From Bacteroidales bacterium UBA1187 (GTDB taxonomy: Bacteria > Bacteroidota > Bacteroidia > Bacteroidales > Paludibacteraceae): 64,000 nt of DNA. Below, one piece after another: positions 9,901-16,865 of the stretch. A program made the position numbers and the translations under genes. Each line of letters begins with the position of its first letter. Positions within the stretch are counted from its first letter, which is position 1. The DNA is taken from the NCBI GenBank assembly GCA_002309835.1, contig DBYL01000019.1, forward strand, positions 5,937-69,936, in the 5' to 3' direction. The notes below the pieces were generated by a model that worked only from the letters and a program-made list of their open reading frames with translations, searched no databases and had not been told where the DNA came from.

Positions 9901-12035
9901 ATGTGATCAAGGGTCTGGCTGACAAAGTGCTCTACGTTCGCGTGAAGACTACCCAGCCTATTAAACTCAAGACCGTTACGGATCTGTACCCGACGCTGGC
10001 TACACCGATCCCGACAAAAGAGCAGGCTATCCTCGCTGTTCCGAATGTAGATTATCAAATTCCTGCCGGTGGTCAATGGTTCGCCGTTTGTCTCCCGACG
10101 ATTCTGGATAACTATAAGATGACGCGCGATGCAGGCTTTGAGGTAATCAACCCCAATAGCACGGATGTGACGGTAACTTCTACTGCTACATGGCAAGAAG
10201 AGCTGACCTATAATGTTCCGAAACGCTCGCGTAAGATCGGCGCTAACAAGCATTATGTGAAGACCTTCTACAGCGCTATTGAAGCTGCTGCTAAACGTGC
10301 AGGTTTCAGTCTCTCGTTGGAAGGTACCGATCCTTCCCTCATCGATAGTTTGGTTCATTCTTATGTAACCGACGAGCATATGGCAGCATATGTCTTCATC
10401 GATCATAACGGTACCGAACCGCTGATTGCTCGCGTGAAAGCACAACCGAAGACCGGTGAGTATATGAGCAAACCGATCCTCTTCGATTGGGACCACGGTA
10501 ATGTGAACGCCGGTGCTACCACTGCAAACGCAGCTTATAGCCCGAAGAACTGGTTCTTGGCGGAGATCGACTCGACGCGTATTCCGGAAGGTAAGGAGCT
10601 GGAGCTCCACGTAACCAACTGGGGTAGCGATGTATCGAAAGCTACGGCGAAGATCATGCTCGATACGCTGAGTGTACAAGGCCAGACCGTTTCGTATGAC
10701 CTCGCTGCTAATGAAGATAAGAGCAAACGTATCGCTCGTGAGTTGCTCATTGGTAACTCTAACGTCCTCATCGAGTTTGAGTCTGATTCTGCCAACTATA
10801 TCTGGGCAGAGATCGTGGACGCACGCCCGAAAGATACGATTGAGGTAGATACAGTTGTAGTATGGTGCGCAGGCGAGGAGTATGACGATCCGTTCACCGG
10901 TTTGAAGTACACCATCGATGCAGAGACATTAGCTCCTGTTACATGGGATGATCAGTGGGAGTGGGTTAACGACACCGCTGCCGCTATCTGGGATTCGCTT
11001 GTTCACTTCACCCTCGTTCCGTATATCGATCCGGTGATCTATACCGTTGAGGAGATTGCTGACCAACCGGTTATCAAAGCCGGTCAACCGATCGACGTAA
11101 CTGCTGCTACAACATGGCTGATGACGCAGTACGCCGGACAGGTAGCACTGAACGACACCATTAAAGATGCTGTACAGATCATATGGGAGATTAGCACGAA
11201 TAATGCCAACACCCAGTTTGAGGAAGTATCCGCTGCCGCTATTGAGTCGGCCGGCGTTGTACTGCGCTACCGCATCGTTACCTTCTGTGAGGACGATACG
11301 CTGACCAGCCCGTTGTTCTTCAACTCGGTTCGCGACACTATCACCGTTGAAGAGGCATGTAACTTCTATGACGAATGGGAATATAAGGATAGCATCTACT
11401 ATGAGGCTACTCTGGATTCCGCAGTGTTTACGCAGCCGAACGGAAGCAAGCTTATCCACTATCTGGATCTCCAGAAAGTGACTAACCCTGCCCGTATCGA
11501 CCTCGTAGGTGTAGCCAAGTACGGCAACCGCCTGCTGCTCATCGACCGTTTCGACTTTGCTGCTAAGGGCTTCGCAACGGATTCCCTCTATGCCGAAGGT
11601 GGTAACGTAACGGTAGAATGGTATCGCGTGAATGCAGACGGAGGCAAACTGATTGGCGAAGGTTATTCGTACAATAAGGAAGATGGTGATACCCTCGTAG
11701 GTACTTTCTTCGCAATCATCAAGATCAGTTCCGCAACGGGTTGCGGTCTGCTTGGTCGTACGCAAGATATCGTATGTGAGGCTGCTGTCGCTACTCCTGC
11801 TCCGGCATTAGTACCGAATATGGTTATGCCGGGTGAGAATGTGAATGTCATCAATCTTGACCCGAATAAAGAAACCGTTATCCGCATCTTCACTACGGAA
11901 GGTCTGCTCCAAAGCACGTACAACGTACGCGGACAGGAGACCTTCATGCTACCGGCTGCGGCTGACCACGGATTCTATCTGGTTGAGCTCTTGAATGACA
12001 GCATGAAGTCAACCTTACGTTACATTGTTAAATAA
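6975..12035 (+). CDS. Giant T9SS-secreted surface protein (1686 aa) with ten tandem beta-sandwich-like repeats and a C-terminal sorting domain
   Basis: N-terminal signal peptide. Ten ~120-aa repeats each open with C/A-x-x-(I)-x-F-x-W...G...(T/S)xWY and close with an alternating hydrophobic strand. The last ~77 aa (PNMVMPGENVNVINLD...GFYLVELLNDSMKSTLRYIVK) match the canonical T9SS CTD pattern. Confidence 0.85.
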   Translation: MKKFLLFAAAAMTSIFMMAGNGSTKANAIDFDWDNGHVQEGSKTLWYKVSLDPLYQEENPSLTLHMVSQTLQDTVQVTLQATVAGQSEERTYTIMPGKTQSWSANAATLVRMKQTEVYITLKTVATDEAARIKLSAKVYDAVDLDEACKDAKTFNWTSGITQNKGVLQWFKVNLKDAKTANKKDVKITMTNKGTGKLNLRVGQSLDCPSSGLTKRSFVLEAGEKVYDTIPQSMIKAVAADELYVTFDNNQPIEVKAELIDQPASPIFDFSTVTVDSLPVVYNEVLNGKHYFKINVRQMNDSAKYEPEFTFRNNGENPVKIVRKMSFENPVWGWQTSEIELAAGEEAVEVIKKNVVDGINVDSIPYIYLVIDADAEFQLIGRYKHVREGKACKSNIDFNWEKGHTQEGKTTQWYAIDVTEAKRDIRDIKVKVENIGYDNAKVSAAMAFSCPYIDLQEMTRTIKLGDSIKTTVAYSMYAMMSDTIWVGVTTDQDIRISVDTAKVETKPANPNDPCLKAIDFDWEDGGKVSKLDTVWYKIDMREVRDRKEFPTVYVKNLNLTSAVTVYGELSLECPDTIPNQTRSLKLAAGETYSKQLARNMFENIKADSVYLRVVATDSIAFEIRLTEEVEGSSCTSPIRFNWTSGNDQAANASVWYAVDLREAKASTSDVKISIINKGTTAGKGTAYLAYSCLDESLQSVNFSLGTSASDNKKTTTLPHSALETVNDSIIFVRVYGDIALHLEATLVPAEELPVEDQVSCETIATATELQWNTVYTQNGGSQWYILKREVLDTLLNGDITAEAHIWNEAGVELAITGEIAYHCPITTKMMSKKLTVKSGGEFIKMIAANTAQQVSGKDTVLIRLKAAGKFRFEAHLVSPWNGNTRDAALRLKLDNEIEQEANTIMWYRINTADLKAVDNLDGLRVFVEAKTLATNATIEAAVFEGDSQEDMIEYFTGRTLKRTSGAIRAKQHYIPGYVIKGLADKVLYVRVKTTQPIKLKTVTDLYPTLATPIPTKEQAILAVPNVDYQIPAGGQWFAVCLPTILDNYKMTRDAGFEVINPNSTDVTVTSTATWQEELTYNVPKRSRKIGANKHYVKTFYSAIEAAAKRAGFSLSLEGTDPSLIDSLVHSYVTDEHMAAYVFIDHNGTEPLIARVKAQPKTGEYMSKPILFDWDHGNVNAGATTANAAYSPKNWFLAEIDSTRIPEGKELELHVTNWGSDVSKATAKIMLDTLSVQGQTVSYDLAANEDKSKRIARELLIGNSNVLIEFESDSANYIWAEIVDARPKDTIEVDTVVVWCAGEEYDDPFTGLKYTIDAETLAPVTWDDQWEWVNDTAAAIWDSLVHFTLVPYIDPVIYTVEEIADQPVIKAGQPIDVTAATTWLMTQYAGQVALNDTIKDAVQIIWEISTNNANTQFEEVSAAAIESAGVVLRYRIVTFCEDDTLTSPLFFNSVRDTITVEEACNFYDEWEYKDSIYYEATLDSAVFTQPNGSKLIHYLDLQKVTNPARIDLVGVAKYGNRLLLIDRFDFAAKGFATDSLYAEGGNVTVEWYRVNADGGKLIGEGYSYNKEDGDTLVGTFFAIIKISSATGCGLLGRTQDIVCEAAVATPAPALVPNMVMPGENVNVINLDPNKETVIRIFTTEGLLQSTYNVRGQETFMLPAAADHGFYLVELLNDSMKSTLRYIVK
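7050..10830 (+). repeat. Ten tandem divergent domain repeats (period ~355-445 nt) inside the 1686-aa CDS
   Basis: Repeat starts read from the sequence at about 7050, 7413, 7768, 8142, 8511, 8871, 9249, 9620, 10021 and 10467. Examples: AIDFDWDNGHVQEGSKTLWYKVSL, AKTFNWTSGITQNKGVLQWFKVNL, NIDFNWEKGHTQEGKTTQWYAIDV, AIDFDWEDGGKVSKLDTVWYKIDM, PIRFNWTSGNDQAANASVWYAVDL, PILFDWDHGNVNAG. The similarity is at protein level only; I saw no long exact DNA repeats. Confidence 0.75.
11802..12032 (+). other. T9SS C-terminal sorting domain (CTD) of the 1686-aa protein
   Basis: The terminal ~77 aa have the typical CTD strand pattern (VIRIFTTEGLL...YNVRGQETFMLP...GFYLVELLNDS...TLRYIVK). The protein ends in K. 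Confidence 0.75.
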
Positions 12036-12052
12036 GAAAAGGAGGTAGCACA

Positions 12053-13453
12053 ATGAAAACTTTGAAATCAATTTTAATTGCAGCCACCTTGATATGTGCA
12101 TCTGCCGTGACGACTATGTCGGCGCAGCAGGCTGCAGAGTCCGCACAACCCCAACAACCTAAATTGGCAGTAGGCGACTCCGTTATGATTCGACGTGAGT
12201 GTACCAAATATCTCACCGGCGAGACTCCGTCCACCTGGGTTTGGGATAAAGTACACACTGTACATCAGATCGGAACAAAACGTAATCCGAATAGATACCC
12301 TAACGGCATTCTGTTATGGAAGATTCGTTCGTGGGTTTGCGATAGCTGTATTACGGTTGTAAATGGTCATGCTGAAGAAGCAGCTCAAAAAGCCGCTGAA
12401 GAGCAGTCCGCAGAACGTGAGGCATGGGAACAAGCGAAGAAAGAGAATGCAGACGCAGAAGCTGCTGCGGCTCGCGTTGCCGAAGAAAAAGCAGCACGCG
12501 AAGCAGCTGAGCGCGCTGCTTTGGAAGAAGCGCGCAGACTAGCCGAAGAGCAGGCTGCTGCAGAGGCTAAGGCTGCTGCAGAGCAAGCGAAAGCTGACTC
12601 TATTCAGTCAGCGCAGAAATTCAAAGGCAGCTATGATCGCTTCACCATCGGTCTGCGCGGCGGTATCGCGTCGCAACTGCACCAAGCGGTACAGGGCGTA
12701 GATGCTAAGTGGGGTATCGGCGGTGACGTTCTGCTCGACCTCCAGTATGCGCACTATTGGACCAAAGACGGTCGTTCTACTGACCTCGGTCTGATTGTAG
12801 GTCTGAGTGCCGGTTATGCGCAAGGTAGCTTTAAAGGCTCTGAGAATAGCACCTTCACGAAGGGAAATTTGGATTATACCGTACAGGCTGACGGTATCAA
12901 CGAGACGGATCATCAGATCCAACTCGAGGTGCCGTTGATGTTCTCCTTGATTCATCAGAGCGGTCTGTTCTTCAACGTAGGTCCGCGCTTCATGATTCCG
13001 GTTTATACTCCGTATAAGCAGACTATCAATAGCGCTACGGCTGCCATCTCGGCATACGATCCCGCAACAGGTGTTACCCTTCAGGATAACGTCGTTACCG
13101 GTAAGTATATCGATCAGCAACCGGCTGAAGCAAACGGCCTTCAGTTTAAGTTGAATATCATGCTCACCGCCGAAATCGGATATGAGTGGATTCTCAAGAG
13201 CGGTAACTCTCTCGGACTCGGCGTATATGCTGACTACAGCGTATACAACACCCGTTCGAAACTGAATGCTGCTGCAAGCGAGTCGCTGCTCAATATCACT
13301 CCTCCGAGTGATTCCGGTATCGCTACGCTGGAGATGCTCTCCGCTACGAGCACATACGCAAAGAGCGTAGGTTACTTTGACCTCGGCGTGAAGTTGGCTT
13401 ATCATTTCAACTTCCCGAAGAAGAGAAGCAATATTGACGCTAAACTGTTCTAA
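12053..13453 (+). CDS. Outer-membrane beta-barrel protein with N-terminal small globular domain and Ala/Glu/Lys-rich helical spacer
   Basis: Signal peptide ...AVTTMSA|QQ. Residues ~36-104 form a compact Trp/Cys-containing domain. Residues 106-182 (nt 12368-12598) are AEEAAQKAAEEQ...AAAEAKAAAEQAKA. The C-terminal ~275 aa have alternating-hydrophobic strands and end in aromatic ...DAKLF, typical of OMP barrels. Confidence 0.65.
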   Translation: MKTLKSILIAATLICASAVTTMSAQQAAESAQPQQPKLAVGDSVMIRRECTKYLTGETPSTWVWDKVHTVHQIGTKRNPNRYPNGILLWKIRSWVCDSCITVVNGHAEEAAQKAAEEQSAEREAWEQAKKENADAEAAAARVAEEKAAREAAERAALEEARRLAEEQAAAEAKAAAEQAKADSIQSAQKFKGSYDRFTIGLRGGIASQLHQAVQGVDAKWGIGGDVLLDLQYAHYWTKDGRSTDLGLIVGLSAGYAQGSFKGSENSTFTKGNLDYTVQADGINETDHQIQLEVPLMFSLIHQSGLFFNVGPRFMIPVYTPYKQTINSATAAISAYDPATGVTLQDNVVTGKYIDQQPAEANGLQFKLNIMLTAEIGYEWILKSGNSLGLGVYADYSVYNTRSKLNAAASESLLNITPPSDSGIATLEMLSATSTYAKSVGYFDLGVKLAYHFNFPKKRSNIDAKLF

Positions 13454-13458
13454 AGCGC

Positions 13459-14106
13459 ATGACGATACTATGTATCGAAACTAGTACATCGGTTTGTTCG
13501 GCTGCCATCTGCAAGGATGGCAAGCCGGTCAAACAATGTATCAACCGTGAGGGTAGCAACCATGCTCGGTTGCTACCTCGCTATATAGAGGAATTGCTCT
13601 CGTTCGCGCGGGAGCAACACCTCTCTATAGACGCGGTTGCGCTATCCGAAGGTCCCGGCAGTTACACCGGTCTGCGTATCGGTACCAGTACCGCAAAAGG
13701 ACTTTGCTATGGCTTGAATATCCCGCTGATACCTGTACCTACGCTGCACATCCTCTGCGCTGCAGCACAGGTGAGCAATACCCGTTTATGCCCGATGATT
13801 GACGCTCGGCGGATGGAGGTATATACTACCGATGAGGCAGGCAAAGCCCGCGCAGTGGTAGTAGAGCAAGCAGAGAACCTATACGCCGGAGACGAAGAGA
13901 TAACTTATTTCGGCGACGGCGCAGAGAAATGTCAATCGGTGCTGACGGCGCCAAACTGGCATTATCTCCCCAATATCGTACCGGAAGCACAATATATGGC
14001 CGAGTTGGCCGAAGCATTACCGAAGGTAACGGACATAGCGTATTACGAGCCCTATTATCTTAAAGAGTTTATCGCTGCGCAGAGTCATGTGAAAGGACTG
14101 GTATAA
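13459..14106 (+). CDS. tsaB: tRNA threonylcarbamoyladenosine (t6A) biosynthesis protein TsaB
   Basis: MTILCIETSTSVCSAAIC... N-terminus and the ~215-aa YeaZ/TsaB layout (GPGSYTGLRIG). TAATG-coupled to the next gene. Confidence 0.85.
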   Translation: MTILCIETSTSVCSAAICKDGKPVKQCINREGSNHARLLPRYIEELLSFAREQHLSIDAVALSEGPGSYTGLRIGTSTAKGLCYGLNIPLIPVPTLHILCAAAQVSNTRLCPMIDARRMEVYTTDEAGKARAVVVEQAENLYAGDEEITYFGDGAEKCQSVLTAPNWHYLPNIVPEAQYMAELAEALPKVTDIAYYEPYYLKEFIAAQSHVKGLV

Positions 14107-16706
14107 TGATGAAGAATATACATCATACATCATACATTATACATGGATTGATCCTATTGGGGTTAATCTTCTCGTCCTGCTCTACCCAAAAGAACACATG
14201 GGCTACGCGTTCGTTCCATCAAACGAAAGTCAAATATAATATTCTCCATAATGGTAATCTCGCGTATGAAGAAGGCCTGAAAGCCATCCGCGATGCCAAT
14301 ACGGATGATTATAGTCAAATCCTATACCTATACCCTGTATCCAATCACAAAGCGGCAGAGGCTTCTACCTCTCAGATGGATAAGACCATCGAGAAATGCC
14401 GTAAGTGTATTAAGTTACATTCTATCAAAGCCAAACCGAAACGTGACCCCAAAAAGGCGAACGATCCTAAATATAAACTATGGCTTCAATCCGAAGAATT
14501 CAATGCCAACATGAGTCTGGCATGGATTCGCCTCGGCGAAGCGGAATTTCATAAAGGAGATTTCTTAGGCGCAGTAAGCACCTTCAATTATATCATCAAT
14601 CATTATTCCAACGATGCGGATATGATTGCGCAATGCCAGTTATGGATTGCTCGATCGTATGCCGAAATGGGTTGGCAGTATGAAGCCGAAGATATGCTCA
14701 ACCGCGTCAATATTGATGCGCTTACCAAAAAGCATGCACGTCTCTACTCAGCCGTTAAAGCCGACGTGCTGCTGCATGGCAAAGAGTATCACTCGGCTAT
14801 TCCGTTTGTAAAGATTGCTATCCCCTATGAAAAACGCAAGATCTACCGTCCGCGTTTCTCCTATGTCTTGGGACAGTTGTATGAGTTGGAAAACAATCGT
14901 GAAGAGGCTATCAGCGCGTATAAATACGTTGTGCGTCTGGCGCCTCCAACGGAGATGGAGTTTAATGCACGCCTCCGTATTGCAGAGTTGGGAGGCAAGA
15001 ACTCGATTCGCCAGTTGCGCACGATGACCAAGCAGTCGAAATTCAAAGACCATCTCGACCAGATATATGGCGCGATGGGAAACATCTATCTGGCGCAGCA
15101 TGATACAGCCGCAGCGCTGGAGATGTACGATAAAGCCATCTCTGAAGCTACGCAGGCCGGTCCTTCTAAAGCAGCAGTCCTCGTGCGTGCGGGAGACATC
15201 TATTATGAACAACGCGCATACGCGCAGGCGCAGCCTTGCTATCGCGAAGCTGTGACCATCCTTACCGCGGAAAACCCCGACTACGCGCGTATCCAAAAGC
15301 GCTCGGAGGTATTGGATGAATTAGTAGTGGCCTATAATCAGGCGCAACTGCAAGACTCCTTACAGCGTCTCAGTCACATGACGGAGGAAGAGCAACGCGC
15401 GATAGCGGAAAAGATCGTTGCAGATCTCATCGAAGCGGAGAAAGCCGATTCTGCCAAACAGGCGCAGGAGGCACGCGACATAGCGCGCGGTGGAGACCGT
15501 CGTCCGAAAAGCGTCAATACAGCAAATATGTTAGGAGGCGGTGGCGCACAGAAAGGCGAGTGGTATTTCTATAACCAGCAACTCATCAAACAGGGCCAAC
15601 AGGAATGGCGTCGCCGTTGGGGTAACAGACCATTGGAAGATAACTGGCGTCGCCAGAGTAAGCAGGTAGTTGCGTCTCAGCCGGAAGAGACCGGAGAAGG
15701 AAATGCCGATTCACTCGCTTTAGCCGGCGATTCGACGGTGATGACAACTCCTCAACTGGAGACGGATCAGCATAAACCGGAATATTATCTACAGCAGATT
15801 CCGCGCACGCCGCAAGACTTCGCAGCCAGCGATAGTTTATGGCGAGAAGCATTAGTGGCGCTCTATTATATCTATCGCGATAAGGTTGAAGATGAGGCAT
15901 TGACGGAAGAGACGCTTCGTGAACTGGAGAGACGATTCGCTCCGCATGCGTCCATCGATGCTATTCATGAGGACGAGCAGTTACGCGCACTTCGCCATGA
16001 TGAAGCGTACATCGCGAAAATGCGTCGTATGTTAGCGGAGCAAGATTCGCTGTATGCCTCTACCTATACGGCATATACGAAAGGAGAGTATGCGCAGGTG
16101 AAAGCCAATAAACAATATGCAGAGCGTGAGTTCCCGCAAAGCAAACTCATGCCGCGATTCCTTTTCCTTAATGCCGTCTCTGTTGCGCGCACTGAGGGAC
16201 AAAAGGCATTTATGGCCGAACTGCAAGATTTGGTGGATCGCTATCCGTCTACCGAACTGGGCGCTATGGCGAAAGATATGCTCGCCATGATGGGTCAGGG
16301 AATGGAGAGCCAGACGGGCGGAAATACCGGTTCGTTAGCTGACAGACGCGGACAAGTAGAGGAAGATAACCAACAGGCTGAGAGTCAAGAACAGCAGTGG
16401 AGCGATGACCGCAAGCAACCGAGTATCGTATTACTACGCTTACCCAAGATGGATGAGGAGGCTTTGAATGAACTGCTCTATGAAGTAGCCCTGTTTAACT
16501 TCTCGCAATTCCTGATACGTGATTTCGATTTACAGAAGATGCCGGTATTGGGCACCGGATGTGCCTTACGCGTCAGCGGCTTTGCTGATTTGGATGAAGC
16601 AGAATGGTGGGTAGATCTCATTCGTAAGAACAGCGACATGCAATCTGTCCTCAGCGGAGTAGAGATACAAGCCTTGGCAGAAGTGAACCTGCCGTTAGTA
16701 CAATAA
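14106..16706 (+). CDS. TPR-repeat lipoprotein, PorW/SprE-like (T9SS-associated), tentative
   Basis: Lipoprotein signal (LILLGLIFSSC|S), many TPR-like helical repeats, Gln/Glu-rich central region, 866 aa. The N-terminal block STQKNTWATRSFHQTKVKYNILHNGNLAYEEG resembles SprE/PorW-family proteins as I recall them. This was not verified by search. Confidence 0.45.
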   Translation: MMKNIHHTSYIIHGLILLGLIFSSCSTQKNTWATRSFHQTKVKYNILHNGNLAYEEGLKAIRDANTDDYSQILYLYPVSNHKAAEASTSQMDKTIEKCRKCIKLHSIKAKPKRDPKKANDPKYKLWLQSEEFNANMSLAWIRLGEAEFHKGDFLGAVSTFNYIINHYSNDADMIAQCQLWIARSYAEMGWQYEAEDMLNRVNIDALTKKHARLYSAVKADVLLHGKEYHSAIPFVKIAIPYEKRKIYRPRFSYVLGQLYELENNREEAISAYKYVVRLAPPTEMEFNARLRIAELGGKNSIRQLRTMTKQSKFKDHLDQIYGAMGNIYLAQHDTAAALEMYDKAISEATQAGPSKAAVLVRAGDIYYEQRAYAQAQPCYREAVTILTAENPDYARIQKRSEVLDELVVAYNQAQLQDSLQRLSHMTEEEQRAIAEKIVADLIEAEKADSAKQAQEARDIARGGDRRPKSVNTANMLGGGGAQKGEWYFYNQQLIKQGQQEWRRRWGNRPLEDNWRRQSKQVVASQPEETGEGNADSLALAGDSTVMTTPQLETDQHKPEYYLQQIPRTPQDFAASDSLWREALVALYYIYRDKVEDEALTEETLRELERRFAPHASIDAIHEDEQLRALRHDEAYIAKMRRMLAEQDSLYASTYTAYTKGEYAQVKANKQYAEREFPQSKLMPRFLFLNAVSVARTEGQKAFMAELQDLVDRYPSTELGAMAKDMLAMMGQGMESQTGGNTGSLADRRGQVEEDNQQAESQEQQWSDDRKQPSIVLLRLPKMDEEALNELLYEVALFNFSQFLIRDFDLQKMPVLGTGCALRVSGFADLDEAEWWVDLIRKNSDMQSVLSGVEIQALAEVNLPLVQ

Positions 16707-16728
16707 AAAAAGAGGACCGAAATCCTCT
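16704..16728 (-). terminator. Intrinsic terminator downstream of tRNA-Pro
   Basis: Hairpin AGAGGA-ccgaaa-TCCTCT (16711-16728). On the minus strand it is followed by TTTTTTT (plus-strand A-run 16704-16710). It also sits 5 nt after the stop of the + strand TPR gene. Confidence 0.6.
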
Positions 16729-16732
16729 ATCG

Positions 16733-16806
16733 TCGGGGAGACGTGATTCGAACACGCGACCTCCGGTCCCCCAGACCGTTGCGCTACCGGGCTGCGCCAC
16801 TCCCCG
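16733..16806 (-). tRNA. tRNA-Pro (anticodon GGG)
   Basis: The reverse complement folds as a 74-nt cloverleaf: acceptor CGGGGAG/CTCCCCG, D-stem GCGC/GCGC, anticodon stem ACGGT/ACCGG (one A-G mismatch), loop CTGGGGG with anticodon GGG at 16770-16772 and G37, T-loop TTCGAAT, discriminator A. CCA is not encoded. Confidence 0.85.
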
Positions 16807-16829
16807 AACACTCTTTTCAAAAGAGCGTG

Positions 16830-16860
16830 CAAAGGTACGACTTTTTTTTGATATACGCAA
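16830..16860 (-). promoter_or_regulatory. Bacteroidota sigma-A type promoter for tRNA-Pro
   Basis: Minus strand reads cTTGcgtatatcaaaaaaaagtcgTAccTTTG. The -33 TTG and -7 TAnnTTTG are separated by exactly 20 nt, ~25 nt upstream of the tRNA 5' end. Confidence 0.65.
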
Positions 16861-16865
16861 GAGAA

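Noticed and set aside
9096-10679. 527-aa minus-strand ORF, plus similar long antisense ORFs at 10929-11765, 12608-13405, 7599-8207, 31859-32965, 25092-25826, 34524-35213, 45125-45676, 60975-61907 and 61993-62934
   Set aside because: Each lies entirely antisense to a gene with strong motif support. Their translations are Arg/Leu/Ser/His-rich with no motifs. They are typical shadow ORFs of ~50 % GC coding DNA.
16743-16865. N-terminal 41-aa extension of miaB in the ORF track
   Set aside because: It reads through the antisense tRNA-Pro gene and its promoter. The conserved MiaB N-terminus starts at ATG 16866.
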